Shown here piece by piece: positions 1-8,344 of a stretch of DNA of 17,497 bases; positions within the stretch are counted from its first letter, which is position 1; each line of letters starts with the position of its first letter. Origin of the DNA: Candidatus Sericytochromatia bacterium (GTDB lineage: Bacteria > Cyanobacteriota > Sericytochromatia > S15B-MN24 > VGJW01); contig JAYKHS010000009.1 in the NCBI GenBank assembly GCA_035285865.1, positions 1 to 17,497 on the forward strand, given 5' to 3'. Below the pieces are notes generated by a model, which was not told the origin of the DNA, searched no databases, and was given only the letters and a program-made list of their open reading frames with translations. Made by a program: the position numbers and the translations under genes.

Positions 1-155
1 TCGGCCTCGATGACGGCCACAGCCATACGCTCGAGGAGGTCGGCCAGCGCTTCAACGTCACGCGTGAGCGCGTCCGCCAGATCGAGGCCAAGGCCCTGCG
101 CAAGCTGCGTCACCCCAATCGCAACAAGCGCCTGAAGGGCTACGTCGAGGACTAA
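1..155 (+). CDS. rpoD: RNA polymerase primary sigma factor RpoD/SigA, C-terminal region 4 (5'-partial)
   Basis: Not in the ORF track. The frame starting at nt 3 reads [50 protein letters not shown], stop TAA 153-155. TLEEVG..F.[20 protein letters not shown] is the hallmark of group 1 sigma70 region 4.2. Confidence 0.92.
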   Translation, partial: GLDDGHSHTLEEVGQRFNVTRERVRQIEAKALRKLRHPNRNKRLKGYVED

Positions 156-270
156 GCAAAAGTCCTCCACCTGGGTGGCGACGGTACGCCTCAATGGGTT
201 TGTACGTGGCAACCAGAGGCAGAAAGCAATTCCCCTGAATTCCCGGCCACTGTTGCCCCGGCGTTGCCCC

Positions 271-312
271 AAAGAAAAAGCGGGTCCCGGCGCAATCGCC
301 GAAACCCGCTTC
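271..312 (-). terminator. Rho-independent terminator downstream of tRNA-Asn
   Basis: The minus strand reads AAGCGGGTTTCGGCG-ATTG-CGCCGGGACCCGCTT-TTTCTTT. The stem pairs fully, with two G-U wobbles, only on the minus strand, and is followed by a U-tract. Confidence 0.85.
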
Positions 313-320
313 CCTGTTAG

Positions 321-393
321 CTCCGGCAACTGGACTCGAACCAGTGACCCGCTGATTAACAGTCAGCTGCTCTACCAACTGAGCTATGCCGGA
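321..393 (-). tRNA. tRNA-Asn(GTT)
   Basis: Minus strand TCCGGCATAGCTCAGTTGGTAGAGCAGCTGACTGTTAATCAGCGGGTCACTGGTTCGAGTCCAGTTGCCGGAG. Acceptor stem TCCGGCA/TGCCGGA, anticodon arm CTGA-CT-GTT-AA-TCAG, T-loop TTCGAGT, discriminator G. CCA is not encoded (followed by CTA). Confidence 0.97.
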
Positions 394-405
394 ATGACGA
401 ATGCG

Positions 406-434
406 ATGGTAGGGCCGGAGGCGGCGCTTGTCAA
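406..434 (-). promoter_or_regulatory. sigma70-type promoter for tRNA-Asn
   Basis: Minus strand TTGACA (434-429), 17-nt spacer, TACCAT (411-406), 12 nt upstream of the tRNA 5' end. Confidence 0.8.
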
Positions 435-452
435 TGTCGCGAGGCCTGCAGG

Positions 453-461
453 TGCTACCAT
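453..461 (+). promoter_or_regulatory. Extended -10 element for the LCP-like gene
   Basis: TGcTACCAT ends 9 nt before ATG 471. No Shine-Dalgarno and no good -35 at 17 nt. Confidence 0.45.
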
Positions 462-470
462 GAGCCTTCC

Positions 471-1586
471 ATGGGGACCCAGCACTTGCGTACCCGCCGG
501 CTTCGCAAGGCGGTGGCGCAGGAGCGCGCGCGGCACCGTCGGGTCGCCGTGGCCTTGCTGGCGATGGCGCTGCTCGTGGTCGGCGGGTTCGTCGTCCGCC
601 ACGTGGTGGCGAGCCGTCCCAAGCCTGGACTCTTCGACGGACCGGCGTGGATCCTGATCACGCTGCTCGATGGCGAGGGCCCGACGGCTCGGGGGGCGTT
701 CTTCGGGGTGCTGGGCCTCATGCCCGATGAGACGCGTGCCCGGATGGTGCTGTTCCCGGCGTTGACTCAGGTCACGATGCCCGGCTACGGCGTCGGGCGC
801 CTGCGTGATGTGCCCGCCGTCGGTGGCATGACGCTGCTGCGCCAGTCCGTGGAAGGCACGCTCGGCCATCCCGTCAATCGCGTGGTCGCACTGACCCCGG
901 CCTCGGCCCGCAAGGTCTTCGGGGTGACGCCGGGAGTCGTGCCGGCGGCTTGGGCGGGTGCCACGGGTAGCGCGTTGCCCCTGGATGCCCTGACGCTGGC
1001 GCGTGTCGGCAAGGTCCGCCCGAACGAGGTTGGCGAACGACCGGCGCTGGTGCGCCAGATGCAATTGCTGGGTTTGCTCATGAGGCGCGCTGCCGATGAT
1101 GCGTCCGGATGGGGCGAGGCCTGGAGCAAACTGGGCCCTTCGGGAGGTCTGGCGGCAGCAGAGCGTGTGGCCTTGTGCCGCCGGATGGGGACCGTGTCGG
1201 GCATTCGTGCTGCCGTGGTGCCGGGTACGCAGGGTTTCGATGGCGTCTGGATTCCGGATGCGGCCCGGCTCGAGGTGCTCTTCGAGCGTCTGGGACGCCC
1301 GCAGCGCGCCAAGGGCGGTCGCCCGATGCAGGTCGAGGTCCTGCACGGTCCCGGGCAGCGTGACCGGGCCGTGAAGCTGGCCGAGTCGCTGGGTGCCGAG
1401 GGCCTGATGGTGGTTCGTCTGGCCACGGGGGATGCCGACATCGCGAACCGCGTGGTCTCGCGAGACGTGACGCTCGAGTCCGATGCCGTCTTCGAGCGCC
1501 TGTTGCCTGGCTTGCCTTGGCTCGTCACGGATGATCCTTCGCCCTTCTCGGCGGATTATTCGGTGTTCCTCGGACCGGAGTCCTGA
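471..1586 (+). CDS. LCP (LytR-CpsA-Psr)-like membrane protein with LytR C-terminal domain, degenerate active site
   Basis: Basic N-terminus then one TM helix (VAVALLAMALLVVGGFVV). MVLFPALTQVTMPGYGVGRLRDVPAVGGMTLLRQSVEGTLGHPVNRVVAL aligns by eye to the LCP core (LSIPRDxxVxIPGxGxxKINAAYxxGGxxLLxxTVExLLGIPIDxYV). C-terminal QVEVLHGPGQRDRAVKLAESLGAEG resembles LytR_C (VEVLNGTG..GLA). Confidence 0.72.
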   Translation: MGTQHLRTRRLRKAVAQERARHRRVAVALLAMALLVVGGFVVRHVVASRPKPGLFDGPAWILITLLDGEGPTARGAFFGVLGLMPDETRARMVLFPALTQVTMPGYGVGRLRDVPAVGGMTLLRQSVEGTLGHPVNRVVALTPASARKVFGVTPGVVPAAWAGATGSALPLDALTLARVGKVRPNEVGERPALVRQMQLLGLLMRRAADDASGWGEAWSKLGPSGGLAAAERVALCRRMGTVSGIRAAVVPGTQGFDGVWIPDAARLEVLFERLGRPQRAKGGRPMQVEVLHGPGQRDRAVKLAESLGAEGLMVVRLATGDADIANRVVSRDVTLESDAVFERLLPGLPWLVTDDPSPFSADYSVFLGPES

Positions 1587-1588
1587 CG

Positions 1589-2296
1589 ATGCTCGAGGCC
1601 CGGGCCGTTCGCAAGGTCTTCGGGGAGCGCGATGCCCGGTCGGGTGCTGTCCTGGACGGAGTTGACCTCGAGGTGCCCGAGGGCCAGTTCGTGGCGCTCA
1701 CGGGGCCGTCGGGCAGCGGGAAGTCGACCCTCCTGTATCTGCTGGGTGCGCTCGACAGGCCGACATCCGGCGAGGTGCGCATCAAGGGACAGTCCACGAC
1801 GGATCTGCGTGACGATGGCCTGGCGCGTCTTCGTCTCGAAACCATCGGCTTCGTCTTCCAATTTCATTTTTTGAACGAGGTCCTGACAGCAGAGGAGAAC
1901 GTCATGGTGCCGGCCCTTCTGGCCGGTCGTTCGGATCGGGAGGCCCGCGCGATGGCCCGCGCCGGCCTTGAGGCCTTGGGACTGGGACATCGGCTGTCTC
2001 ATCGACCGTCGCGCCTGTCGGGTGGCGAACAGCAGCGGGTCGCCATGGCTCGCGCGCTGGTCAATCGTCCGAGGCTGTTGCTGGCGGACGAGCCGACGGG
2101 CAATCTCGACGGGGCCAGCGGGGAGCGGGTGATGGAGACCCTGCAGGAAGCACATCGGCGGGATGGGCTCACGATCGTGCTGGTCACGCACAACATGGAG
2201 CTCGTGGCTCGGGCGGAACGACATGTGGCGATGCGCGACGGCCGCCTGCACCACCCTGAAGGTGATCCAGGCGGCCCGTCTTCCGCCGTGTCCTGA
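1589..2296 (+). CDS. ABC transporter ATP-binding protein, LolD/MacB/FtsE-like subfamily
   Basis: Walker A GPSGSGKST, Q-loop IGFVFQFHFL, signature LSGGEQQRVAMARAL, Walker B LLLADEPTGNLD, H-loop VTHN. Starts 2 nt after the upstream stop. Confidence 0.93.
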   Translation: MLEARAVRKVFGERDARSGAVLDGVDLEVPEGQFVALTGPSGSGKSTLLYLLGALDRPTSGEVRIKGQSTTDLRDDGLARLRLETIGFVFQFHFLNEVLTAEENVMVPALLAGRSDREARAMARAGLEALGLGHRLSHRPSRLSGGEQQRVAMARALVNRPRLLLADEPTGNLDGASGERVMETLQEAHRRDGLTIVLVTHNMELVARAERHVAMRDGRLHHPEGDPGGPSSAVS

Positions 2297-2303
2297 AGCG
2301 GAC

Positions 2304-3389
2304 TTAGCCCTGAGGCGCGGTGCTCGCGTCCTCGGTCATGTTCTCGCTGGCGATGAGCGACAACTTGGTGCGGACGACCCGGTCGATTTCCGCAGCCACT
2401 TCAGGCTGCGCCACCAGGAACGAGCGCGCCCCATCGCGGCCCTGGCCGATGCGCTGGTCGCCATACGAGTACCAGGCGCCGCTCTTCTGGATGATGCCCA
2501 TTTCGGTTGCGATATCCAGGATGCAGCCTTCGGTCGAGACCCCCTGGCCGAAGAGCAGATCGAACTCGGCCACCTTGAAGGGTGGCGAGACCTTGTTCTT
2601 GACGACCTTGGCCTTGACCCGGTTGCCGACTTCGGTGCCGTCCTTCTTCAGGGTCTCGATGCGTCGGACCTCGATGCGGACCGAGGCATAGAAACGCAGG
2701 GCCCGACCGCCGGTGGTCACCTCGGGATTGCCGAACATGACGCCGACCTTCTCGCGAAGCTGGTTGATGAAGATGACGATGGCCGAGCTCTTGCTGATGG
2801 CTGCCGTCAGCTTGCGCAGGGCCTGGCTCATCAGGCGGGCCTGAAGGCCGACATGAGAATCGCCCATCTCGCCCTCGAGTTCGGCCTTGGGTACCAGGGC
2901 CGCCACCGAGTCCACGACGATGATGTCCACCGCGCTGGTGCGCACCAGCGCCTCGGCGATCTCGAGGGCCTGCTCGCCCGTGTCGGGCTGGGCCACCAGC
3001 AGGTTGTCGATGTCGACGCCCAGCGCCCGGGCGTATTGCGGATCCAGCGCGTGCTCGGCGTCGATGAAGGCGGCGATGCCCCCGGCCTTCTGCACCTGGG
3101 CCACGACCTGAAGACTGACGGTCGTCTTGCCGCCGGCTTCGGGGCCGTAGATTTCCACGACGCGGCCGCGGGGCAGGCCGCCGACGCCCAGGGCGACGTC
3201 AAGCGGCAGGATGCCGGTGGGGACGGTGGCGATGCGCATCTTGGCGTTGTCGCCCAGCTTCATGATGGAGCCCTTGCCGAACTGCCGCTCGATGCCGCTG
3301 ATGGCGAGGTCGATCGCCTTCATGCGCTCGGCCAGAGCTGGGTCGCGGCCGGTGGTCTGGGGGGCGGGGGTGGATTCCTTGGGTGCCAC
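2304..3389 (-). CDS. recA: Recombinase RecA
   Basis: [102 protein letters not shown] start with AGAGGAG upstream. No intein (361 aa). Confidence 0.99.
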   Translation of the reverse strand: MAPKESTPAPQTTGRDPALAERMKAIDLAISGIERQFGKGSIMKLGDNAKMRIATVPTGILPLDVALGVGGLPRGRVVEIYGPEAGGKTTVSLQVVAQVQKAGGIAAFIDAEHALDPQYARALGVDIDNLLVAQPDTGEQALEIAEALVRTSAVDIIVVDSVAALVPKAELEGEMGDSHVGLQARLMSQALRKLTAAISKSSAIVIFINQLREKVGVMFGNPEVTTGGRALRFYASVRIEVRRIETLKKDGTEVGNRVKAKVVKNKVSPPFKVAEFDLLFGQGVSTEGCILDIATEMGIIQKSGAWYSYGDQRIGQGRDGARSFLVAQPEVAAEIDRVVRTKLSLIASENMTEDASTAPQG

Positions 3390-3407
3390 GATGTGGGGTT
3401 GCTCCTC

Positions 3408-3423
3408 TCGTACGCTTGTTCGA
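3408..3423 (-). promoter_or_regulatory. Putative LexA (SOS) box
   Basis: Minus strand TCGAAC-AAGC-GTACGA, one mismatch from the palindrome TCGAAC-N4-GTTCGA. It lies between the recA -10 element and the RBS. Confidence 0.8.
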
Positions 3424-3430
3424 TGCAGGT

Positions 3431-3459
3431 ATCGTAGGCCACCCCGCTCCCCGGGTCAA
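3431..3459 (-). promoter_or_regulatory. sigma70-type recA promoter
   Basis: Minus strand TTGACC (3459-3454), 17-nt spacer, TACGAT (3436-3431), in the gap between the sigma gene and recA. Confidence 0.8.
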
Positions 3460-3466
3460 GGGGGCG

Positions 3467-4567
3467 TCATGACTCCTCGAGGTAGCGCTGCATGTCGCGG
3501 TCGCCCATGGCGAGGCGAAGCCGGCCGAGTGCGCGTGCCTCCAATTGCCGGACCCGCTCCCGGGTGATGCCGAGGTCCTTGCCGATGTCCTCGAGCGTCC
3601 GCGGGTCGGTCGCATCCAGGCCGAAGCGTGCCACCACGATGCGGCGCTCCCGTTGCGGCAGGACGTCCAGCACGGCGTGCACGTCGCGGACCAGTTGCTG
3701 GCGAAGCGTCGCCTGGGCCGGGTCGGGATGGTCCTCGTCGTGGATGAAGTCGGCGAGGCGGCCGTCTTCCTCGGTCCCCACGGGTGCATCGAGCGAGACG
3801 ATGTCCCGGACGACGCGCCGGATTTCCTGCAGGCGGGCGAGGGGCACCTGCGCAGCTTCGGCGATGCGCTCGTCCGTCGGCGGCACGCCGTTTTCCTGCG
3901 TCAGGCGCTGGCCGACGGCCCGCAGGCGGTTGAGCGTCTCGACCATGTGCACGGGCATGCGGATCATCCGCCCCTTGTCCGCCAGGGATCGGCTGATGGC
4001 CTGCCGGATCCACCACATGGCATAGGTCGAGAATTTGTAGCCCCGGCGGTGGTCGAATTTGCCGACGGCCCGGATCAGGCCGATGTTGCCTTCCTGGACG
4101 AGGTCCAGCAGGGGCAGGCCGCGCCCCGTGTATCGCTTGGCGACGCTGACCACGAGCCTCAGGTTGGCCCGGATCATCCGCTCCCGGGCGCGGGTACCGG
4201 CTGCTCCACCTTCGGCCATCAGCCGACCGAGCTGCCATTCGTCGTGGGCCTTGAGCAGCGGTATCTGGCCGATGGCGCGCAGGTAGCGGTCGACCGCATC
4301 GCCGTTCGTGCCGCCGTCCGTTGTCCCGCGTGGCTGTCCGCGTTCGGCCCCGTCCAGGTCCTCGAGCAGGTCGAGGTCCGCGCCCGCAGAATCGTCGCTG
4401 GCTTCCGGTTCGGTGCCGTCCAGACCTGCGTCGGCGCCCTCGAGCGGCAGGAAGCTGACGCGGAGGGCGGGACGGGCGTGGGCTGCGCCGAGCGGGTCCG
4501 GCAGCTCCTCCGTCGCGAGCGTCTGGCCTTCGAGCCAGGGGGAAATCGAAGGGTTCCCGTTGTCCAT
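3467..4567 (-). CDS. RpoD/SigA-family sigma70 factor paralogue (group 2-like)
   Basis: Region 1.2 [16 protein letters not shown]; region 2 [57 protein letters not shown]; region 3 IRMPVHMVE...VSLDAPVG; region 4 [18 protein letters not shown]. Start moved from 4675 to ATG 4567 because GGGAGG precedes it (366 aa). Confidence 0.93.
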   Translation of the reverse strand: MDNGNPSISPWLEGQTLATEELPDPLGAAHARPALRVSFLPLEGADAGLDGTEPEASDDSAGADLDLLEDLDGAERGQPRGTTDGGTNGDAVDRYLRAIGQIPLLKAHDEWQLGRLMAEGGAAGTRARERMIRANLRLVVSVAKRYTGRGLPLLDLVQEGNIGLIRAVGKFDHRRGYKFSTYAMWWIRQAISRSLADKGRMIRMPVHMVETLNRLRAVGQRLTQENGVPPTDERIAEAAQVPLARLQEIRRVVRDIVSLDAPVGTEEDGRLADFIHDEDHPDPAQATLRQQLVRDVHAVLDVLPQRERRIVVARFGLDATDPRTLEDIGKDLGITRERVRQLEARALGRLRLAMGDRDMQRYLEES

Positions 4568-4741
4568 TGCCCCAGGGCCTCCCGTGGTCGTGCCAAGGGC
4601 GACCATGGCGCGCACGGCGTCCGGCGACAAGGTCCGCACGATCGAGGCCAAGCCATCGAGGGCCGTGAATGCCAAGCCCCCGGCGGCTTTCCGGACCTGG
4701 CCGGAGAATCCTGTCAGCAGGCCGGCGTCCGACGTTCGGTC

Positions 4742-6922
4742 CTAAAGCAGGTTGACGGCATCGACATCGACGGTCCAGCGGACCTGGCTGTCGCGGGGCA
4801 TCGCCTCGAGGGTCCGACGGATGGTGGCGGTGGTGACCGGCAGATTGTGTGCCTTGAACAGCACCAGATGGCGGAAGCGACCGTGGACTTGCAGGAGCGG
4901 TGCCGGGGCCGGACCCAACACCCGCGCCGGCACTTCCGGAAGGGCCTCGCGAAACCGGCGGGCGGCACTTTCCGCGCGGGTTTCCTCCGGCGAGGAAGCG
5001 GTGACGACGACCACCCGGGTGTAGGGCGGGTAGTCCAGCAGCCGTCGCTCGGCCAACTCTTCCGTCGCGAAGCCCTCGTAGTCGTGCCGTGCCGCATGCC
5101 GGACCGCGGGATGTTCCGGGGCCAGTGCCTGCACGACCACGCTGCCGGCCCGCGCCCGCCCGGCCCGGCCCGCGACTTGGGTGATGAGCTGGAACGTCCG
5201 CTCGGCAGCACGGAAGTCGGGCAGGCTGAGTGCCGCATCGGCCGAAAGCACGCCCACCAGCGTGACATCAGGGAAGTCCAGGCCCTTGGCCACCATCTGC
5301 GTCCCCACCAGGATGGCGGCTTCCTTGCGGGCGAACGCACCCAGAATCTGGCCGTGGGCATCCTTGCCGCCGGCGGTGTCGCGGTCCAGGCGCAGGACGG
5401 GAACCTCGGGGAAGAGGCGCTCGAGGCGGGCCACGACCTGCTCGGTGCCCGCGCCACGTGATCGCGCGCAACTGCCTCCGCAGCGGCCGCAGGGCCGGTC
5501 AGGGGCCTCGGCGTGGCCGCAGTAGTGGCAGCGCAGCTGCTGGGCTGCGCGGTGACGGGTCAGGGCGATGGCGCACGTCGGGCAACGCACCAGCTCGCCG
5601 CAGGCCCGACAAAGCACGGTGGGGGCCCAGCCCCGGCGGTTGAGCAGGATGATGGCCTGCTCGCCGCGCTCCAGGGTTTCCTCGAGGCGGGCGAGCAGGA
5701 TCCTGCTGAAGATTCCCTCGTGGCCGTCCAGCGTTTCCTCGCGCATGTCGACCACCGTCACGGGTGGCAATGGCAGGCCGTGGACCCGATCGGGCATGGC
5801 CACGCGCCGGGCCCGGCCCGTGAGCGTCGCATGCCACGTCTCGAGGGCCGGGGTGGCGCTGCCCAGCACCAGCCTCGCGCCGGCGTGCACCGCGAGCCGC
5901 TGGGCTGCCAGGCGGGCGTGGTAGCGCGGCGCCTGCTCTTGCTTGTAGGCCCCGTCGTGTTCCTCGTCGAGGATGATCAGCCCCGGGCGCGGCAGGGGGG
6001 CGAACAGGGCGCTGCGGGCACCGACCACGATGTCCGCCCGGCCATCGGCCGCACGTTGCCAGCCTTCCTGGCGCTCGCCATCCGACAGGCCCGAGTGCAG
6101 GACCACGACGCGCCCCCCGAAGCGCTCCCGGAAGCGCGCCTCGGTCTGGGGCGTCAGGCTGATCTCGGGGACCAGCATCAGGGCCTGCCGGCCCTCGGCC
6201 AGCACGACGGCCATCGCCTGCATGTAGACCTCGGTCTTGCCGCTGCCCGTGACGCCGTGCAACAGCACCGGCTGGCCGGGATCGGCCCCGAGCACCTCGG
6301 CAAGGGCCGTGCGCTGCGTGTCGGTGAGTTCCGGCGGGGGCGCCGTCGGTGGCGTGTCCGCAGGAGGCAGGCGGGGGGCCTCCTCCTCCACTGTCCGCCA
6401 CAGGCCACCCCGTTCGCCGGCGGCCACGGTCGCCCGGGTCGTTCTGGCCTCGCGCAGGAAGTCGGCGAGGGTCATCCGTCCACCGGACTGGACAAGGGTC
6501 CTGAGAAGCAACTGCTGGCGCGGAGTACCGGCAGCCGTGGCTTCGGGATCGGCCACCACCCACGTCCGGGTTCGGGGCGCAGCCTCGCCGCGCGCGTGGG
6601 CCGCGGGCAGGATGCCGGCGACGACGGTCCCGATCGGGGTGTCGTAATGGCGCGCCAGTTCGTGGCAGACGGCCAGCAGGTGCGGGGGCAGGAGGCCACG
6701 CACCAGGACCTCGTCCACGGGACGGGCCGTGATGCCTTCGGGCGGGGGCGGGGCGGGTCTGCGGATGACGACACCGGTGGCGCGCCTGCGTCCGAAGGGT
6801 ACCCGCACCAGATCCCCGGGACCGGGACCATGCGCCGAGGCCGCGCGATAGGTGTAGTTGCCGGGAACCGACTCCGAGGTCAGCACCACCGCGACGAAGT
6901 CGGGGCAGGACGTCGCCTTCAC
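4742..6922 (-). CDS. priA: Primosomal protein N' (replication restart helicase PriA)
   Basis: VRVPFG 3'-DNA-binding domain, LLHGVTGSGKTEVY, LVPEISLTPQ, GARSALFAP, DEEHD.AYKQ, four CxxC pairs (CRAC, CPTC, CHYC, CGRC), GTQMVAKGLDFP, DFRAAER, QVAGRAGR. Start set at GTG 6922, overlapping the coaBC stop (GTGA), giving 726 aa; the 1000-aa ORF extension overlaps coaBC. Confidence 0.97.
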   Translation of the reverse strand: MKATSCPDFVAVVLTSESVPGNYTYRAASAHGPGPGDLVRVPFGRRRATGVVIRRPAPPPPEGITARPVDEVLVRGLLPPHLLAVCHELARHYDTPIGTVVAGILPAAHARGEAAPRTRTWVVADPEATAAGTPRQQLLLRTLVQSGGRMTLADFLREARTTRATVAAGERGGLWRTVEEEAPRLPPADTPPTAPPPELTDTQRTALAEVLGADPGQPVLLHGVTGSGKTEVYMQAMAVVLAEGRQALMLVPEISLTPQTEARFRERFGGRVVVLHSGLSDGERQEGWQRAADGRADIVVGARSALFAPLPRPGLIILDEEHDGAYKQEQAPRYHARLAAQRLAVHAGARLVLGSATPALETWHATLTGRARRVAMPDRVHGLPLPPVTVVDMREETLDGHEGIFSRILLARLEETLERGEQAIILLNRRGWAPTVLCRACGELVRCPTCAIALTRHRAAQQLRCHYCGHAEAPDRPCGRCGGSCARSRGAGTEQVVARLERLFPEVPVLRLDRDTAGGKDAHGQILGAFARKEAAILVGTQMVAKGLDFPDVTLVGVLSADAALSLPDFRAAERTFQLITQVAGRAGRARAGSVVVQALAPEHPAVRHAARHDYEGFATEELAERRLLDYPPYTRVVVVTASSPEETRAESAARRFREALPEVPARVLGPAPAPLLQVHGRFRHLVLFKAHNLPVTTATIRRTLEAMPRDSQVRWTVDVDAVNLL

Positions 6923-8109
6923 GAGGTGGCTTGCAGGTTGGCGAGCGCCTCGGCGAACCGTGCCCAGAGCCGGTTGGCGAGGATGTCCTTGGGCAGTGGC
7001 CCGATCTCCTCGGCACCGGCATCCGAAAGCAGGATGACCGCATTGTCCGGTGCATCCATCGCCCGTACCGCATGGTTGGCCACCAGCAGATCGCAGTGCT
7101 TGCGGCGCCGCTTTTCCTCGCCGAGCGCATGGACCGCCTCGGTCTCGGCGGCGAAGCCCACCAGCAGCTGGCCGGGACGCTTCCGGGCACCGGCCTCGGC
7201 GAGGATGTCCCGCGTCGGGACGAGGCGAATCTCGGGGGGGCCATCCGCTTTCTTCAGCTTGGTCGCGACGGTTCGTTCGGGTGTCCAGTCGGCCACGGCG
7301 GCAGCCATCACGAGCACGTCGACTTCGGCCCAGAGGCCCAGGGTGGCCTCGGCCATCTGGGCGGCGGTCGCGACGTCGATGCGGCGCACGGTTGGCGGCG
7401 TCGGCAGGGCGGATGTCGTCACGAGCGTGACCATGGCCCCGAGATCGGCTGCCGCTGCCGCAAGTGCGTGCCCCATCCGTCCGCTGCTGCGGTTGCCGAT
7501 GAAGCGCACGGCATCGACCGGTTCCCGAGTGCCGCCTGCGGTCACGAGGACATGCCTGCCCTCGAGCGGGGCTGATCCGGGTGCCGCGAGGCGCGGGGCC
7601 AGCATGGCCATCAAGTCCGCAGGTTCCGGCATCCGGCCTTCGCCCTCCTCGCCACAGGCCGTCACGCCCGCAGCCGGCGGGACCACCGTAATCCCGCGGG
7701 CCGACAGCGTGTCCACGTTGGACCGGGTCGCCGGGTGCGCCCACATGGCGGGGTTCATGGCCGGGACCACCACGACCGGGGCTTTCGTCGCCAGCAGCAC
7801 CGTCGCGAGCAGGTCATCGGCCATGCCGGAGGCGTGCCGCGCGAGCAGGTCGGCACTCGCGGGTGCCACGACCACGAGGTCCGGCCAGCGCGCGAGGTCG
7901 ATGTGCAGGATGCCCATGCCGGGCTCGAGGTCCGCGACAAGGACATTCCGGCGCGTCAGGGCCTCGAAGGTCAACGGGGCCACGAATCGCGTGGCCGCCG
8001 GGGTCATGACGACCTGCACCTCATGGCCGGCCTTGACGAGGCGGCTGGCCAGATCCGAGGCCTTGGCCGCCGCGATGCCTCCTGAGACGCCCAGCAGGAC
8101 CCGCGCCAC
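6919..8109 (-). CDS. coaBC: Bifunctional phosphopantothenoylcysteine decarboxylase / phosphopantothenate-cysteine ligase
   Basis: LLGVSGGIAA.K, HIDLARW, APASADLLA, PAMNPAMW, ACGEEGEGRM, VTAGGTREPVDAVRFIGNRSSGRMG, AAAVADW, VGFAAET, DLLVAN. Confidence 0.98.
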   Translation of the reverse strand: MARVLLGVSGGIAAAKASDLASRLVKAGHEVQVVMTPAATRFVAPLTFEALTRRNVLVADLEPGMGILHIDLARWPDLVVVAPASADLLARHASGMADDLLATVLLATKAPVVVVPAMNPAMWAHPATRSNVDTLSARGITVVPPAAGVTACGEEGEGRMPEPADLMAMLAPRLAAPGSAPLEGRHVLVTAGGTREPVDAVRFIGNRSSGRMGHALAAAAADLGAMVTLVTTSALPTPPTVRRIDVATAAQMAEATLGLWAEVDVLVMAAAVADWTPERTVATKLKKADGPPEIRLVPTRDILAEAGARKRPGQLLVGFAAETEAVHALGEEKRRRKHCDLLVANHAVRAMDAPDNAVILLSDAGAEEIGPLPKDILANRLWARFAEALANLQATS

Positions 8110-8118
8110 GGTCTGGCC

Positions 8119-8328
8119 CTAGCCGATCGTGACGTCGTCGTCCTGAAGCATCTCGTTGATGGCGAGAGGAATGGGCTTGGCGGGATCGGTCGACTGCATG
8201 CGCTTGATCTCGTCCTTGATGGTCTTGGCGCGCTTCGCCACCGTCAGGACCAGATCGTACTTGTTGGGGTGCTTCTGCAGCAGGGGCGAGTAATCGGTGG
8301 TCTGGTGCTCGCGGCTGTCCATGGGCAT
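8119..8328 (-). CDS. rpoZ: DNA-directed RNA polymerase omega subunit
   Basis: 69 aa with NKYDLVLTVAKRAK...KPIPLAINE. AAGGAGG RBS; canonical position between gmk and coaBC. Confidence 0.93.
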   Translation of the reverse strand: MPMDSREHQTTDYSPLLQKHPNKYDLVLTVAKRAKTIKDEIKRMQSTDPAKPIPLAINEMLQDDDVTIG

Positions 8329-8344
8329 GTCCTCCTTGGGGGTC

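Noticed and set aside
58..657. ORFs 58-378 (-) and 175-657 (+)
   Set aside because: They run across tRNA-Asn, its terminator and neighbouring genes, and have no protein-like features.
6923..7744. Apparent 274-aa N-terminal extension making PriA 1000 aa
   Set aside because: It overlaps coaBC in another frame and is Arg/Gly/Pro-rich off-frame sequence. The GTGA start/stop overlap at 6919-6922 gives a normal-length PriA.
3545..8122. Very long + strand ORFs (638 aa at 3545-5461, 869 aa at 5513-8122), and similar ones at 2163-3437, 9335-10684 and 15066-16211
   Set aside because: They are antisense shadows of well-supported genes, expected in high-GC DNA where stop codons are rare, and show no recognisable motifs.
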